Shown: one piece after another, positions 55,767 through 64,000 of the stretch
Numbering within the stretch: position 1 is the stretch's first letter
How the letters are laid out: the number at the start of each line of letters is the position of its first letter
Assembly (NCBI GenBank): GCA_902543375.1
Contig: CACBYE010000004.1
Span: 5,869-69,868 of the forward strand
Direction: 5' to 3'
Length of the DNA: 64,000 nt
Origin: an uncultured Pelagibacteraceae bacterium
GTDB lineage: Bacteria > Pseudomonadota > Alphaproteobacteria > Pelagibacterales > Pelagibacteraceae
Notes under the pieces: generated by a model
Seen by the model: the letters and a program-made list of their open reading frames with translations, nothing else
Database searches by the model: none
What the model was told of the DNA's origin: nothing
Translations under genes and position numbers: made by a program

Positions 55767-56197
55767 TGTTTTTAAAATTACTAGATATGTTAGGAAGAAA
55801 AAAAGTGGTTTTAGATAGGGGGCCATCACATCCAAGATTTGATTTAGCTAAACCCTGGATGAATAGATATTACTTAATTTTCAGACATAGACCAAAATGG
55901 TTCCCATTTAATATTTTAATTCACGAAATGTTGACTGATGACCACGGTGAAGGAGTTCATAACCACCCTTTTCCTTATATGACAATAGTGGTTAGAGGAG
56001 GGTATTGGGAAACCTTAAGCTCAGGAAAATATTGGCGACCACCAGGCTATATTGGTTTCAGGTCAGCTAATAATTTACACAGAGTTGATCTCAAACCTGG
56101 AACAAAGCCATTAACAATTTTTATTGCTGGCCCTTTTGGGTTAAGGAAAGGTCCAAGATCTGAATATGGTATTGATTTTAAAATCAAAAAGGATTGA
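55766..56197 (+). CDS. conserved hypothetical protein with HNHP...H metal-site-like motif
   Basis: 143 aa. NRYYLIF...NILIHEM..DD.GEGVHNHPFPYMTIVVRGGYWE...LHRVDL resembles an uncharacterised family I remember with the pattern Y..R..L....H......D..LHDHPW...S..L.G.Y.E. Confidence 0.5.
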   Translation: MFLKLLDMLGRKKVVLDRGPSHPRFDLAKPWMNRYYLIFRHRPKWFPFNILIHEMLTDDHGEGVHNHPFPYMTIVVRGGYWETLSSGKYWRPPGYIGFRSANNLHRVDLKPGTKPLTIFIAGPFGLRKGPRSEYGIDFKIKKD

Positions 56198-57255
56198 TGC
56201 CAAAAAGTCTTAAAGAAGAATTTAGATTATTTTGTAATTCAAAAAACTTAAATCACAATCAGAATCAAATTCTCACAATTAAAAAGCTTCAAGATTTCTA
56301 TGAAAGTAATTTTGGCTCATCTATACTTAATATTTTTAAAAAAAAAGAGATCAAGAGAGGTTTTTATCTTCAAGGAGGTGTTGGTGTAGGGAAAACAATG
56401 ATCCTAGATTTTTTTTTTAATTTTATTTCTCAAAAAAAATTAAGACTTCATTTTAATGAATTTATGCTTAATTTTCATGATTTTGTTCATGAAAATAAAA
56501 ATAAAGAAGATGAAAATATTATTGACTTATTTGTGAAAAATCTCAAATCAAAAGTTTCTCTTATCTATTTTGATGAGTTTCAAGTAACCAATATAGTAGA
56601 TGCTATGATATTAGGTAAATTATTTGATAAGATATTTAATGAAAATATTAAAGTTCTTATAACTTCTAATATAAAGATATCCGAATTATATAAAGATGGT
56701 CTTCAACGTGACCAATTCAAGCCATTTATTGAAATAATGAAAAAAAGGACAATAGAATATGAGCTTATAATTGAGGATGATTATAGAAAATCAAAAAATA
56801 ATCAAAATGATAGATACTTCTTTCCTTTAAATGAGGAAACTAATTTTAAAATGAATAAATATTTTAGGATAATTTCGAAAGATAAAAAAAAGAACAATAA
56901 GATACTTAATATTAAAGGAAGAGATTTTCATATTAAAGAATTTTATGAAGGCATAGTAAGATTTAGTTTTAACGAATTGTGTGATCAAAATTTAGGGGCT
57001 GAAGATTATTTAGAAATAATTAAAGTCTCAGAATTTATATTTATTGATAAAATACCACAGTTTGACGACATTAATTCTAATCAACAACATCGGTTTATAA
57101 CTTTAATTGACATAGTTTACGATAAGAAAATACCGATTGCAGTTTCGGCAGAGAAGAATTTAGATGAATTTAACTCTTCAAAATCATTAAAAGAGCCATT
57201 TAAACGTACCATAAGTCGTTTATATGAATTAACGTCCTCAAATTTTAAATTATGA
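56197..57255 (+). CDS. zapE: AFG1-like ATPase / cell division protein ZapE
   Basis: Walker A GGVGVGKTM, Walker B IYFDEF.V, and a conserved C-terminal region. Confidence 0.8.
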   Translation: MPKSLKEEFRLFCNSKNLNHNQNQILTIKKLQDFYESNFGSSILNIFKKKEIKRGFYLQGGVGVGKTMILDFFFNFISQKKLRLHFNEFMLNFHDFVHENKNKEDENIIDLFVKNLKSKVSLIYFDEFQVTNIVDAMILGKLFDKIFNENIKVLITSNIKISELYKDGLQRDQFKPFIEIMKKRTIEYELIIEDDYRKSKNNQNDRYFFPLNEETNFKMNKYFRIISKDKKKNNKILNIKGRDFHIKEFYEGIVRFSFNELCDQNLGAEDYLEIIKVSEFIFIDKIPQFDDINSNQQHRFITLIDIVYDKKIPIAVSAEKNLDEFNSSKSLKEPFKRTISRLYELTSSNFKL

Positions 57256-57674
57256 TACAAAAATTTAGTAACTTTAAAATTAATACTAGCGGACAAAAAT
57301 TGTATGAATTTACAGATCAAACTATTAGCTGGATAAATAAAAATAAATTTAAAAATGGTATTCTGAATTTAAGTATTCAACACACAAGTGCTTCTTTGAT
57401 AATTCAAGAAAATGCAGATCCAGATGTTCAAACTGATCTGATTAATTATTTTAATAATCTAGCGCCAATGGATAACAATTTGTATATTCATACAACAGAG
57501 GGCAAAGATGATATGCCAGCACATATAAAGGCAAGTTTAACAAATAATCAGATATCTCTGAGCGTTGAAAACGGTGAATTATTACTTGGTACCTGGCAAG
57601 GGATCTATTTGTTTGAGCATAGATTAAAACCACAAATAAGAACAATAATTCACCACTTTTTAGGAGAAATTTAA
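57252..57674 (+). CDS. YjbQ/UPF0047 family protein (secondary thiamine-phosphate synthase)
   Basis: 140 aa. SIQHTSASLIIQENADPDV, DDMPAHIKASL and GTWQGIYLFEHR. Confidence 0.8.
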   Translation: MIQKFSNFKINTSGQKLYEFTDQTISWINKNKFKNGILNLSIQHTSASLIIQENADPDVQTDLINYFNNLAPMDNNLYIHTTEGKDDMPAHIKASLTNNQISLSVENGELLLGTWQGIYLFEHRLKPQIRTIIHHFLGEI

Positions 57675-59092
57675 TTTTTTTTTAAACTTTGAAAAGCTTT
57701 TAAAGCTGAGGCTCGTGCTTCTTCATGTATTACAATTGGTTTTGGATAATCTTCTCCAATGATTGTATTTATAGCTTGTTGATATTTTAATTCCATCTCC
57801 CATGGTTTATGAATAAACTTTTGTGGAACTTTATTTAATTCTGGCACCCATTTTTTTACATATAAGCCCTCTTTATCAAATTTTTCTCCTTGAAGGATAG
57901 GATTAAATATTCTGAAGTATGGAGCTGCATCCGCACCACAACCTGCAACCCATTGCCATTGTGCTACATTATTTGCTTTATTAAAATCTAATAAGCAATT
58001 TCTAAAATGTTTTTCACCTTCAGTCCAATTTATTCTTAAGTGCTTAACCAAAAAAGAACCTACAACCATTCTTATTCGATTGTGCATCCATCCAGTTTCG
58101 TAAAGTTCTCTCATTCCAGCATCTACAATAGGGTAACCTGTCATACCTGACTTCCATGCATTTAAAAATTTATTATTTTTTACCCAAGGAAATTTATCAA
58201 ATTCTTTCCTATAGTTTCCTTTTAAAAACTCTGGAAAATAATTAATTAAACTATGTGAAAACTCACGCCAACCTAATTCATTGATATATTTTCTGTAGCC
58301 AATTCCCTTCGATCCAATCTCGTTACATTTTTTCCAAATAGTATTTACATGAATTTGTCCATGTTTAATGTATGGAGATAATTTTGATGTGCCCTCAACT
58401 GATGGGTAATCTCTGGCAGATCCATAATCTTTTATTTTTTTGTTAATTAAATTATTTAGAATTTTTTTTGTCTCATCTTCAGAAACCTTCCAGTAATTTT
58501 CAAATTTTTTGTACCAATTATTTTTTGGAAGTACATCTTTTGGTTCTATACAGTTTTTAAAAAAAGAAAGCGTTTTTATTTTTTTTTTGATAACATAATT
58601 TTTACTTGGCGGTAATCCCAAAAATTTTTGCTCAGCATTTCTCCAAAAAGGAGTAAACACTTTAAATGGTGTACCATCATTTTTAGTTACTTCTTGAAAC
58701 TCATTTAAAATATTTCCTTTAAAATATTTAAACTCGATTTCATTTTTAACGAAAATATCCCTAATTTTTTTTCCTTTTTCAATTACGTCAGGTTCGTAAA
58801 TTTTATTCCAATATATTGAGTAATTATCTTTCTTTTTAATTTTTGAAAATATATCTAATTCATCTCCTGCCAGTATCTGAAGATTAATTTTGTATTTAGA
58901 TAATTCAGATCTAAATGTCTCTAGAGATTTTGAAAGCCACCATTTTTGGGCTTCTCTTTTATTGTCATAATCATGTTTATTATAAATGTATAGGGCGAGT
59001 ACATTTTCATGATTTTGAGTTGCGTAAGATAAAGCAGGATTATTTTCAATTCTAAAGTCCTCCCTTATCCACGTAATAGCATTTTTTGTCAT
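57671..59092 (-). CDS. phrB: deoxyribodipyrimidine photolyase (class I CPD type)
   Basis: 473 aa. N-terminal WIREDFRIENNPAL, and the FAD domain GWREF, TGYPIVDAGMREL..TGWMHNRIRM and QWQWVAG. Confidence 0.9.
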   Translation of the reverse strand: MTKNAITWIREDFRIENNPALSYATQNHENVLALYIYNKHDYDNKREAQKWWLSKSLETFRSELSKYKINLQILAGDELDIFSKIKKKDNYSIYWNKIYEPDVIEKGKKIRDIFVKNEIEFKYFKGNILNEFQEVTKNDGTPFKVFTPFWRNAEQKFLGLPPSKNYVIKKKIKTLSFFKNCIEPKDVLPKNNWYKKFENYWKVSEDETKKILNNLINKKIKDYGSARDYPSVEGTSKLSPYIKHGQIHVNTIWKKCNEIGSKGIGYRKYINELGWREFSHSLINYFPEFLKGNYRKEFDKFPWVKNNKFLNAWKSGMTGYPIVDAGMRELYETGWMHNRIRMVVGSFLVKHLRINWTEGEKHFRNCLLDFNKANNVAQWQWVAGCGADAAPYFRIFNPILQGEKFDKEGLYVKKWVPELNKVPQKFIHKPWEMELKYQQAINTIIGEDYPKPIVIHEEARASALKAFQSLKKN

Positions 59093-59101
59093 ATAAATTT
59101 T

Positions 59102-60223
59102 TTATCTTCTTCCTTTAGATAGCAGTTGTTTGTAAAGTTTGACATCTGCATTTCCTTCGCATCCTATTACCAATACATTTGAATCTTGATCAAGATTGAT
59201 CAATTTCCTCGTTTTTTTATCGTTACATATTCCAATTAAAGCAATTATTCCAGGTGTGGCACACTCACCACCTATTATCGAAGCTTTGCTAAATTTTTTA
59301 TCTTTTAATTTAGCTACTGCTCTTGCTACATTATTATCAGAAACCGAAACACAACAATTAGTCGCTTTTTTTAATATCTGCCATGGTACAAGAGACATCT
59401 CATTGCACGACATTCCACCCATAATACTTTCTTTTTTTATTTTTATCTTTTTTAATTTTTCACTTTTTATACTTTGGAGCACACAATCCGCTCTATCCGG
59501 CTCTACAACTATAATTTTAGGAATTCTCTTAAAGTATTTTGCTACTCCAGCCACTAAACCAGCAGCTAATCCTCCCACGCCGGCTTGAAGAAAAATATGA
59601 GTGATATATTGATTAGTTTGTTTAGAGATTTCCCTAATTAAAATAGAATAACCTGCCATAGTAAGTTGAGGCACATATTTATAATTTTTTGTTGAAACAT
59701 CCTGAATGATGCTCCAATTATTTTTTTTTGATAATATTTGGCATTTTTTTAAAGAGTTTTCATAATTTCCTTTAACTCTTATTACTTCAGCACCAAATTT
59801 TTTTATCTCATCTACCCTCGTTTTACTTACGTGTTGACTGACAAAAATTTTACATTTTAATTTTAATTTTTTTGCTCCCCAGGCTACAGATCTTCCATGA
59901 TTTCCAGCTGTAGCTGATGAGACAGTAATTTTATTTTTTCTTTTTGAGATTTTTTCTACAGCATATGCACCTCCTAAAGCCTTGAAAGATTTTAAATTAA
60001 ATCTTTTTGATTCGTCTTTGTAAAATATATTATTAAGCTTTAAATCTTTATTTAATTTATTTAAATTTAACAAAGGGGTAGGGTGGTAGCCTTTCCATTT
60101 TGATATACTTTTATAAGCGTCAATTAAAAATTTTGATGGCAAATATTTTAAAACATAATCTCTATTAAAATTATAATTTTTATTTAACAAAAGTTTAGAG
60201 TATTTAAATTTACGGTTTTGCAT
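59102..60223 (-). CDS. diaminopropionate ammonia-lyase-like fold-type II PLP enzyme
   Basis: 373 aa. PLP-Lys motif ESKRFNLKSFKALGGAYAV is close to the E. coli YgeX motif as I recall it. Also has TATAGNHG. Confidence 0.65.
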   Translation of the reverse strand: MQNRKFKYSKLLLNKNYNFNRDYVLKYLPSKFLIDAYKSISKWKGYHPTPLLNLNKLNKDLKLNNIFYKDESKRFNLKSFKALGGAYAVEKISKRKNKITVSSATAGNHGRSVAWGAKKLKLKCKIFVSQHVSKTRVDEIKKFGAEVIRVKGNYENSLKKCQILSKKNNWSIIQDVSTKNYKYVPQLTMAGYSILIREISKQTNQYITHIFLQAGVGGLAAGLVAGVAKYFKRIPKIIVVEPDRADCVLQSIKSEKLKKIKIKKESIMGGMSCNEMSLVPWQILKKATNCCVSVSDNNVARAVAKLKDKKFSKASIIGGECATPGIIALIGICNDKKTRKLINLDQDSNVLVIGCEGNADVKLYKQLLSKGRR

Positions 60224-60399
60224 TTTAAAATTTTAAGCTAAAGTTAAATTATCATTAACGATAATTTTTTTTATATTCAAACTATAAATAAACCTATATT
60301 AATATAAATTATAAGTAATTTTATATTTAGAAATTCTATGTTAAGCTCTATTCAAGTATTAGTTGAAATTTTTATAACTTTAAAATTTAATAAAATTAT

Positions 60400-61350
60400 A
60401 TGGGCAAAATATTAATTATTGGTGGTGGAGCTATGGGTTCTGCGTTTTCAATTCCCTGCTTAGAGAACAATAATCTTGTTACTATCACAGAGCCGTACAA
60501 TAAAATTTTTATTAAAAATTTAAACTCAAAGAAAAAGTTTCATCCCTCTTTAAAGCTTAATCTTCCAAAAAAATTAAAATTCATGAATTATTCAAAAGAA
60601 ATATTCAAGAAAAGATTTGACTTAATAGTAATTGCCCTAAGTCTTGCAGGTATAGATTTTATTGGAAAAGAATTAAAAGATTTAAACATTAAAACCCCTT
60701 TATTGGTTCTTACCAAAGGACTAAAGTTTGATAAAAAAAAGAAAAAGATTTTAACAATTTCAGATTTATTAAAAAATAATTATCGAGTGGCAAATGTGTC
60801 AGTATTAAAAGGACCTTGTTTAGCTAAAGAATTAGCAAATAAAAATAAGACGAGCGTAGTTGTTGCTAATAAAAATATTAAAATAGCCAAATGGATTGGA
60901 AAACTTATATCTACTAAGTATTATTTAACTGAATTTTCAAAGGATGTTATTGGTATTGAAATCTGTTCAGCAATTAAGAATATATACGCAATGATCATTG
61001 GCTCAGGTCAAAATTTAAACGCTAAATCAGATTTATTTCAAAAAAGTGTGAATGAGATGAAATTTTTGATCAAATATTTCAAAGGAGACGTATCAACAAT
61101 ATTAGGACTTGCAGGTGTTGGTGATTTGTACGTAAGTGCTATTGGTGGAAGAAATAGTAAAATGGGAGATTTTCTTGGTAAAGGTTTTACATTCGCAATA
61201 GCAAAAAAAAGGTTTATGCCTAAAGATACTGTCGAGGGCGAGCAACTTGCTAGAGAAATCGCTCCATATATTTTAAGAAAGATTGATAAAAAAAAAATTC
61301 CATTAATGTATCATTTGTTAAGAACAATTATTTATAACAAAAAAATTTAA
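60400..61350 (+). CDS. divergent NAD(P)H-dependent glycerol-3-phosphate dehydrogenase-like protein
   Basis: 316 aa. Rossmann fold ILIIGGGAMGSAF, then GPCLAKELA, GIEICSAIKNIYAMIIG and GLAGVGDLYVSAIGGRNSKMG, paralleling the GpsA motifs. Confidence 0.55.
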   Translation: MGKILIIGGGAMGSAFSIPCLENNNLVTITEPYNKIFIKNLNSKKKFHPSLKLNLPKKLKFMNYSKEIFKKRFDLIVIALSLAGIDFIGKELKDLNIKTPLLVLTKGLKFDKKKKKILTISDLLKNNYRVANVSVLKGPCLAKELANKNKTSVVVANKNIKIAKWIGKLISTKYYLTEFSKDVIGIEICSAIKNIYAMIIGSGQNLNAKSDLFQKSVNEMKFLIKYFKGDVSTILGLAGVGDLYVSAIGGRNSKMGDFLGKGFTFAIAKKRFMPKDTVEGEQLAREIAPYILRKIDKKKIPLMYHLLRTIIYNKKI

Positions 61351-61354
61351 TTTT

Positions 61355-61438
61355 TTAAAAAATTAGGAAATTATTTTCTACTAGAAACCCAATTACGATA
61401 CCTATTAAAAGAGCAATGATTAGTTTTTTTTTGTCCAC
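61355..61438 (-). CDS. candidate micro-ORF, 27-aa membrane peptide (GTG start)
   Basis: (M)DKKKLIIALLIGIVIGFLVENNFLIF. It begins 3 nt after the livM stop and fills most of the livM/gpsA-like spacer. Confidence 0.2.
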   Translation of the reverse strand: MDKKKLIIALLIGIVIGFLVENNFLIF

Positions 61439-61441
61439 TAA

Positions 61442-62512
61442 TTAAGATTTTTTACTTAAAGAAGATTTTAAATTTTTGACGTTCGAGGATTGTAATTTCA
61501 AACTCAATTTTTGTTTTAAATTTTCCCATAACTTGGCCATCCCTAAAGGCTCGTAAATCATAAATATAATCATTAAACCACCAAATATTACCTGTTCAAT
61601 TGATGAAATAATTGTAGCATCAATAGCTCCATGAAATACATTGTTTCCTACAGCATTCAAAAGAACTGGAAAAAGTAAGATAAAAGCTGCTCCAATAAAA
61701 GCACCATTTATTGTGCCAAGTCCACCTAAGATACACATAAATAATATTTTAAAAGATAATTTAATATCAAAAGCGACTGGCTCAAGAGATTTAAGATAAC
61801 AAAATGCAAAAAGAGCACCAGCTACTCCACAATAAAACGCACTGATAGCAAATGCCTGGACTTTGGTTTTTAATAATGAAACTCCCATTGACTCCGCAGC
61901 GATATCCATGTCTCTAACTGCCATCCAATTCCTACCAGTACTACCCCTAGCCATATTCATCGCTAGTAAAGTTAAAACTGTGGTAACAGCTAAACATACA
62001 AAATACATCGCTAATGGAGTTGTAAATGGTTTTCCTAAGATAACGATATCTTGGGCAGTAATAATTCCTGATGAATCGTAGTTTTTAAACCAACCAAATT
62101 TATCTATCATCCATATGATAAAAAACTGTGAAGCTAGAGTTGCCACCATCAGATAAATTCCCCTTACTTTCAAACTTGGTAGACCAAACAAAATTCCAAA
62201 AGCTGCTGCAATCAAACCTGACACTATTAGTGAGCCTACGAAACCAAGGTCAGGCACTCGCAAAATAAGGTTAAACATTGCAAAAGCACCAGCAGCCATA
62301 AAGCCAGCTGCTCCTAAAGCTAATTGTCCTGTATAACCCATAACAACTTGTTGTCCAATTGTAGCTAAGGCTAAGCAAAGCCAAGGAATTAATATGGAGG
62401 TGTACCAATATTCTGTTGTAATAAATGTTGGTATTACTAATACACTTAGAACCATACAAACAGCTAAGTTAATTAGGTCTTTTTTTGTGTAAGTCATAAA
62501 AACTGGTTTCAT
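61442..62512 (-). CDS. livM: branched-chain amino acid ABC transporter permease
   Basis: 356 aa polytopic protein with GQLALGAAGFMAAGAF, typical of LivM. Confidence 0.85.
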   Translation of the reverse strand: MKPVFMTYTKKDLINLAVCMVLSVLVIPTFITTEYWYTSILIPWLCLALATIGQQVVMGYTGQLALGAAGFMAAGAFAMFNLILRVPDLGFVGSLIVSGLIAAAFGILFGLPSLKVRGIYLMVATLASQFFIIWMIDKFGWFKNYDSSGIITAQDIVILGKPFTTPLAMYFVCLAVTTVLTLLAMNMARGSTGRNWMAVRDMDIAAESMGVSLLKTKVQAFAISAFYCGVAGALFAFCYLKSLEPVAFDIKLSFKILFMCILGGLGTINGAFIGAAFILLFPVLLNAVGNNVFHGAIDATIISSIEQVIFGGLMIIFMIYEPLGMAKLWENLKQKLSLKLQSSNVKNLKSSLSKKS

Positions 62513-62515
62513 AAA

Positions 62516-63424
62516 TTAAACTCTCCTAATGATTTTTTCTCCAAATAAACCTTCTGGTCTATATAATAAAAAGAATATTGCTAATACGTAAGGAGCCCAT
62601 CCCTCAATTGCTCCTCCAAAAAATGGTCCAATATAAACTTCTAATACTTTTTCTGTTGCACCAATAATTAAGCCACCTACAATTGCACCTGGAATAGACG
62701 AGAAACCACCTATAATTAGGACTGGTAAAGCTTTTAATGCTAAATCAACTAGAGCAAATTGAACACCAGCTCTTGCACCCCACATACACCCAGCGACTAA
62801 AGCTACAACTCCGGCAGCTGACCAAACTAATAACATTATATGTTTTAAAGGTATACCAATTGAACTAGCAGCACCCGCATCATCTGCTACAGCTCTTAAA
62901 CCGAGACCAATTTTTGTAAATTTGAATAAAAGGAATAAACCAATAATCATTAAAGCTGCCACTAATCCTGCAAAAATATCAAGCGCACTAATAAATAGTT
63001 TTAAATTATCAGCGATCCACGGTACTGGAAAGTCTCCAATACCCAAATCTAGTCTTCTTACTTCTACTCCCCATGCTGCTTGAGCAAGTCCTTCCAAAAC
63101 ATACCCTAGACCGATTGTGGCCATTAGTACTGTATCTTCGCTAGCATTCATTAGAGGTCTTAAAACTAATCTTTCAGTACATAAACCAACCACTACCATC
63201 AAAAGAGCAGCTAAAATAAATGCAAGCACAAAAGGTATATTAAAATCTTGCATGAAACCACAAAAGGCAAGCACAGAGAAGAAAACCATAGCCCCTTGTG
63301 AAAAGTTAAACGTTGCTGAGGCTTTAAAAATTAAAACGAATCCTAAAGCGACCAGAGAGTACATCGTACCAGCAAGCAAACCGCCAACTACAACTTCCAT
63401 GAAAAATAATAATTCATCAACCAT
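62516..63424 (-). CDS. livH: branched-chain amino acid ABC transporter permease
   Basis: 302 aa. ...FNFSQGAMVF.. and a C-terminal YRPEGLFG, typical of LivH. Confidence 0.85.
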   Translation of the reverse strand: MVDELLFFMEVVVGGLLAGTMYSLVALGFVLIFKASATFNFSQGAMVFFSVLAFCGFMQDFNIPFVLAFILAALLMVVVGLCTERLVLRPLMNASEDTVLMATIGLGYVLEGLAQAAWGVEVRRLDLGIGDFPVPWIADNLKLFISALDIFAGLVAALMIIGLFLLFKFTKIGLGLRAVADDAGAASSIGIPLKHIMLLVWSAAGVVALVAGCMWGARAGVQFALVDLALKALPVLIIGGFSSIPGAIVGGLIIGATEKVLEVYIGPFFGGAIEGWAPYVLAIFFLLYRPEGLFGEKIIRRV

Positions 63425-63433
63425 ATGTTTATC

Positions 63434-64000
63434 CTAGTGTTCTACTCCTAAATAAGCGTCTATAACTTTTTGATTTGCCATTATTTCATCTGGTGTCCCA
63501 TCACCAATGACTTTGCCATAATCAAGTACAACCACTCTGTCTGATATATCCATAACTACTCCCATATCATGCTCAATAAGCACCATAGTTGTACCTAGTT
63601 CATCATTTACTTTTAAAATAAATCTACACATATCTCTTTTTTCCTCAACATTCATACCAGCCATAGGCTCATCTAATAAAATTATCGTAGAGTCTGTTGC
63701 AAGAGCTCGACCTAACTCAACTTTCTTTTGTAATCCATAAGGAAGTTTTCCAACTGGTGTGTCTTTAATATCTTCAATCTCTAAAAAACTAATTATTTCC
63801 TCTGATCTATCCCTGTTTAATTTTTCTTCTTTTTTTACTTTAGGAAGTTGTAAAGCGACCTCAAGAAAATTTGTTTTTGTATGAAGTTTTCTGCCAACTA
63901 AAATATTGTCTAAAACTGACATTCTTTTAAAAAGAGCCAAGTTTTGAAAAGTTCTAGATAAACCCATTTGAGCCATAATATTTGGAGTGATATTAGGTAT
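63434..64000 (-). CDS. livG: branched-chain amino acid ABC transporter ATP-binding protein, 5' end outside the window
   Basis: The frame stays open to the window edge, so the Walker A region lies beyond it. Visible motifs are RTFQN, YGLQKKVELGRAL, ILLDEPMAGMN, IEHDM and a C-terminal AYLG. Confidence 0.8.
   Translation of the reverse strand: MPNITPNIMAQMGLSRTFQNLALFKRMSVLDNILVGRKLHTKTNFLEVALQLPKVKKEEKLNRDRSEEIISFLEIEDIKDTPVGKLPYGLQKKVELGRALATDSTIILLDEPMAGMNVEEKRDMCRFILKVNDELGTTMVLIEHDMGVVMDISDRVVVLDYGKVIGDGTPDEIMANQKVIDAYLGVEH

Noticed and set aside
59196-59588. 130-aa ORF antisense to the diaminopropionate ammonia-lyase-like gene
   Set aside because: It is fully embedded antisense with a repetitive hydrophobic composition and no independent support.
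60224-60399. Extremely AT-rich 176-nt spacer as a possible replication origin or ncRNA
   Set aside because: I found no DnaA boxes, no stable stem-loops and no conserved RNA motif that I recognise. It is more simply a divergent promoter region.
63117-63437. 106-aa ORF antisense to livH
   Set aside because: It is embedded antisense to a clear permease gene. The relatively G+C-rich membrane gene leaves long open antisense frames.
1-64000. CRISPR arrays, insertion sequences, prophage or defence islands, toxin-antitoxin pairs
   Set aside because: Reading the ORF set and the spacers, I found no regularly spaced repeats and no transposase, integrase, recombinase or phage structural genes. I also found no restriction-modification, Cas, Abi or nuclease-ATPase defence-type genes. 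Every large ORF has a plausible core-metabolic or envelope assignment.

Overview
This is a very AT-rich, tightly packed bacterial chromosome segment. I find about 60 intact protein genes and one tRNA-Leu. I see no rRNA, CRISPR array, transposase, integrase or phage genes. Many start and stop codons overlap (ATGA or TAATG), and five to six convergent gene pairs overlap at their 3' ends. The order proteorhodopsin, 2Fe-2S ferredoxin, TrxR-like ferredoxin-NADP reductase, Nu-class GST, dksA looks like a SAR11/Pelagibacterales alphaproteobacterium; that is my recollection of those genomes, not a search result.

Most content is housekeeping:
- Translation: glyS, alaS, rlmE.
- Central carbon: ppdK, ppc, acnA, icd.
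- Cofactor and nucleotide synthesis: nadAC, pyrC, guaBA, panB.
- Lipids and envelope: psd-pssA, tolC, yfgM-bamB.
- Repair and stress: recA, umuDC, photolyase, dksA.

I found no clear-cut novel system such as a defence island. The items most worth a second look are:
1. A EutA-like plus DoeA/EutD-like hydrolase pair at 36.5-43 kb, fused to a Pot-family ABC importer whose permease carries a large extra loop. A ureohydrolase/ALDH/M20 trio follows at 46.6-50.2 kb.
2. Two translationally coupled micro-ORFs for tiny membrane peptides in the dksA-gst spacer.
3. A perfect alphaproteobacterial LexA box (GTTC-N7-GTTC) abutting the umuD start, and a related site before recA.
4. A proteorhodopsin with Gln at the spectral-tuning position, preceded by an 18-bp perfect palindrome.
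5. An IMP dehydrogenase in which the CBS/Bateman domain is precisely absent.
6. A DksA that keeps only one of the four zinc-finger cysteines.

All functional calls come from motif and family recognition by eye and need database confirmation.
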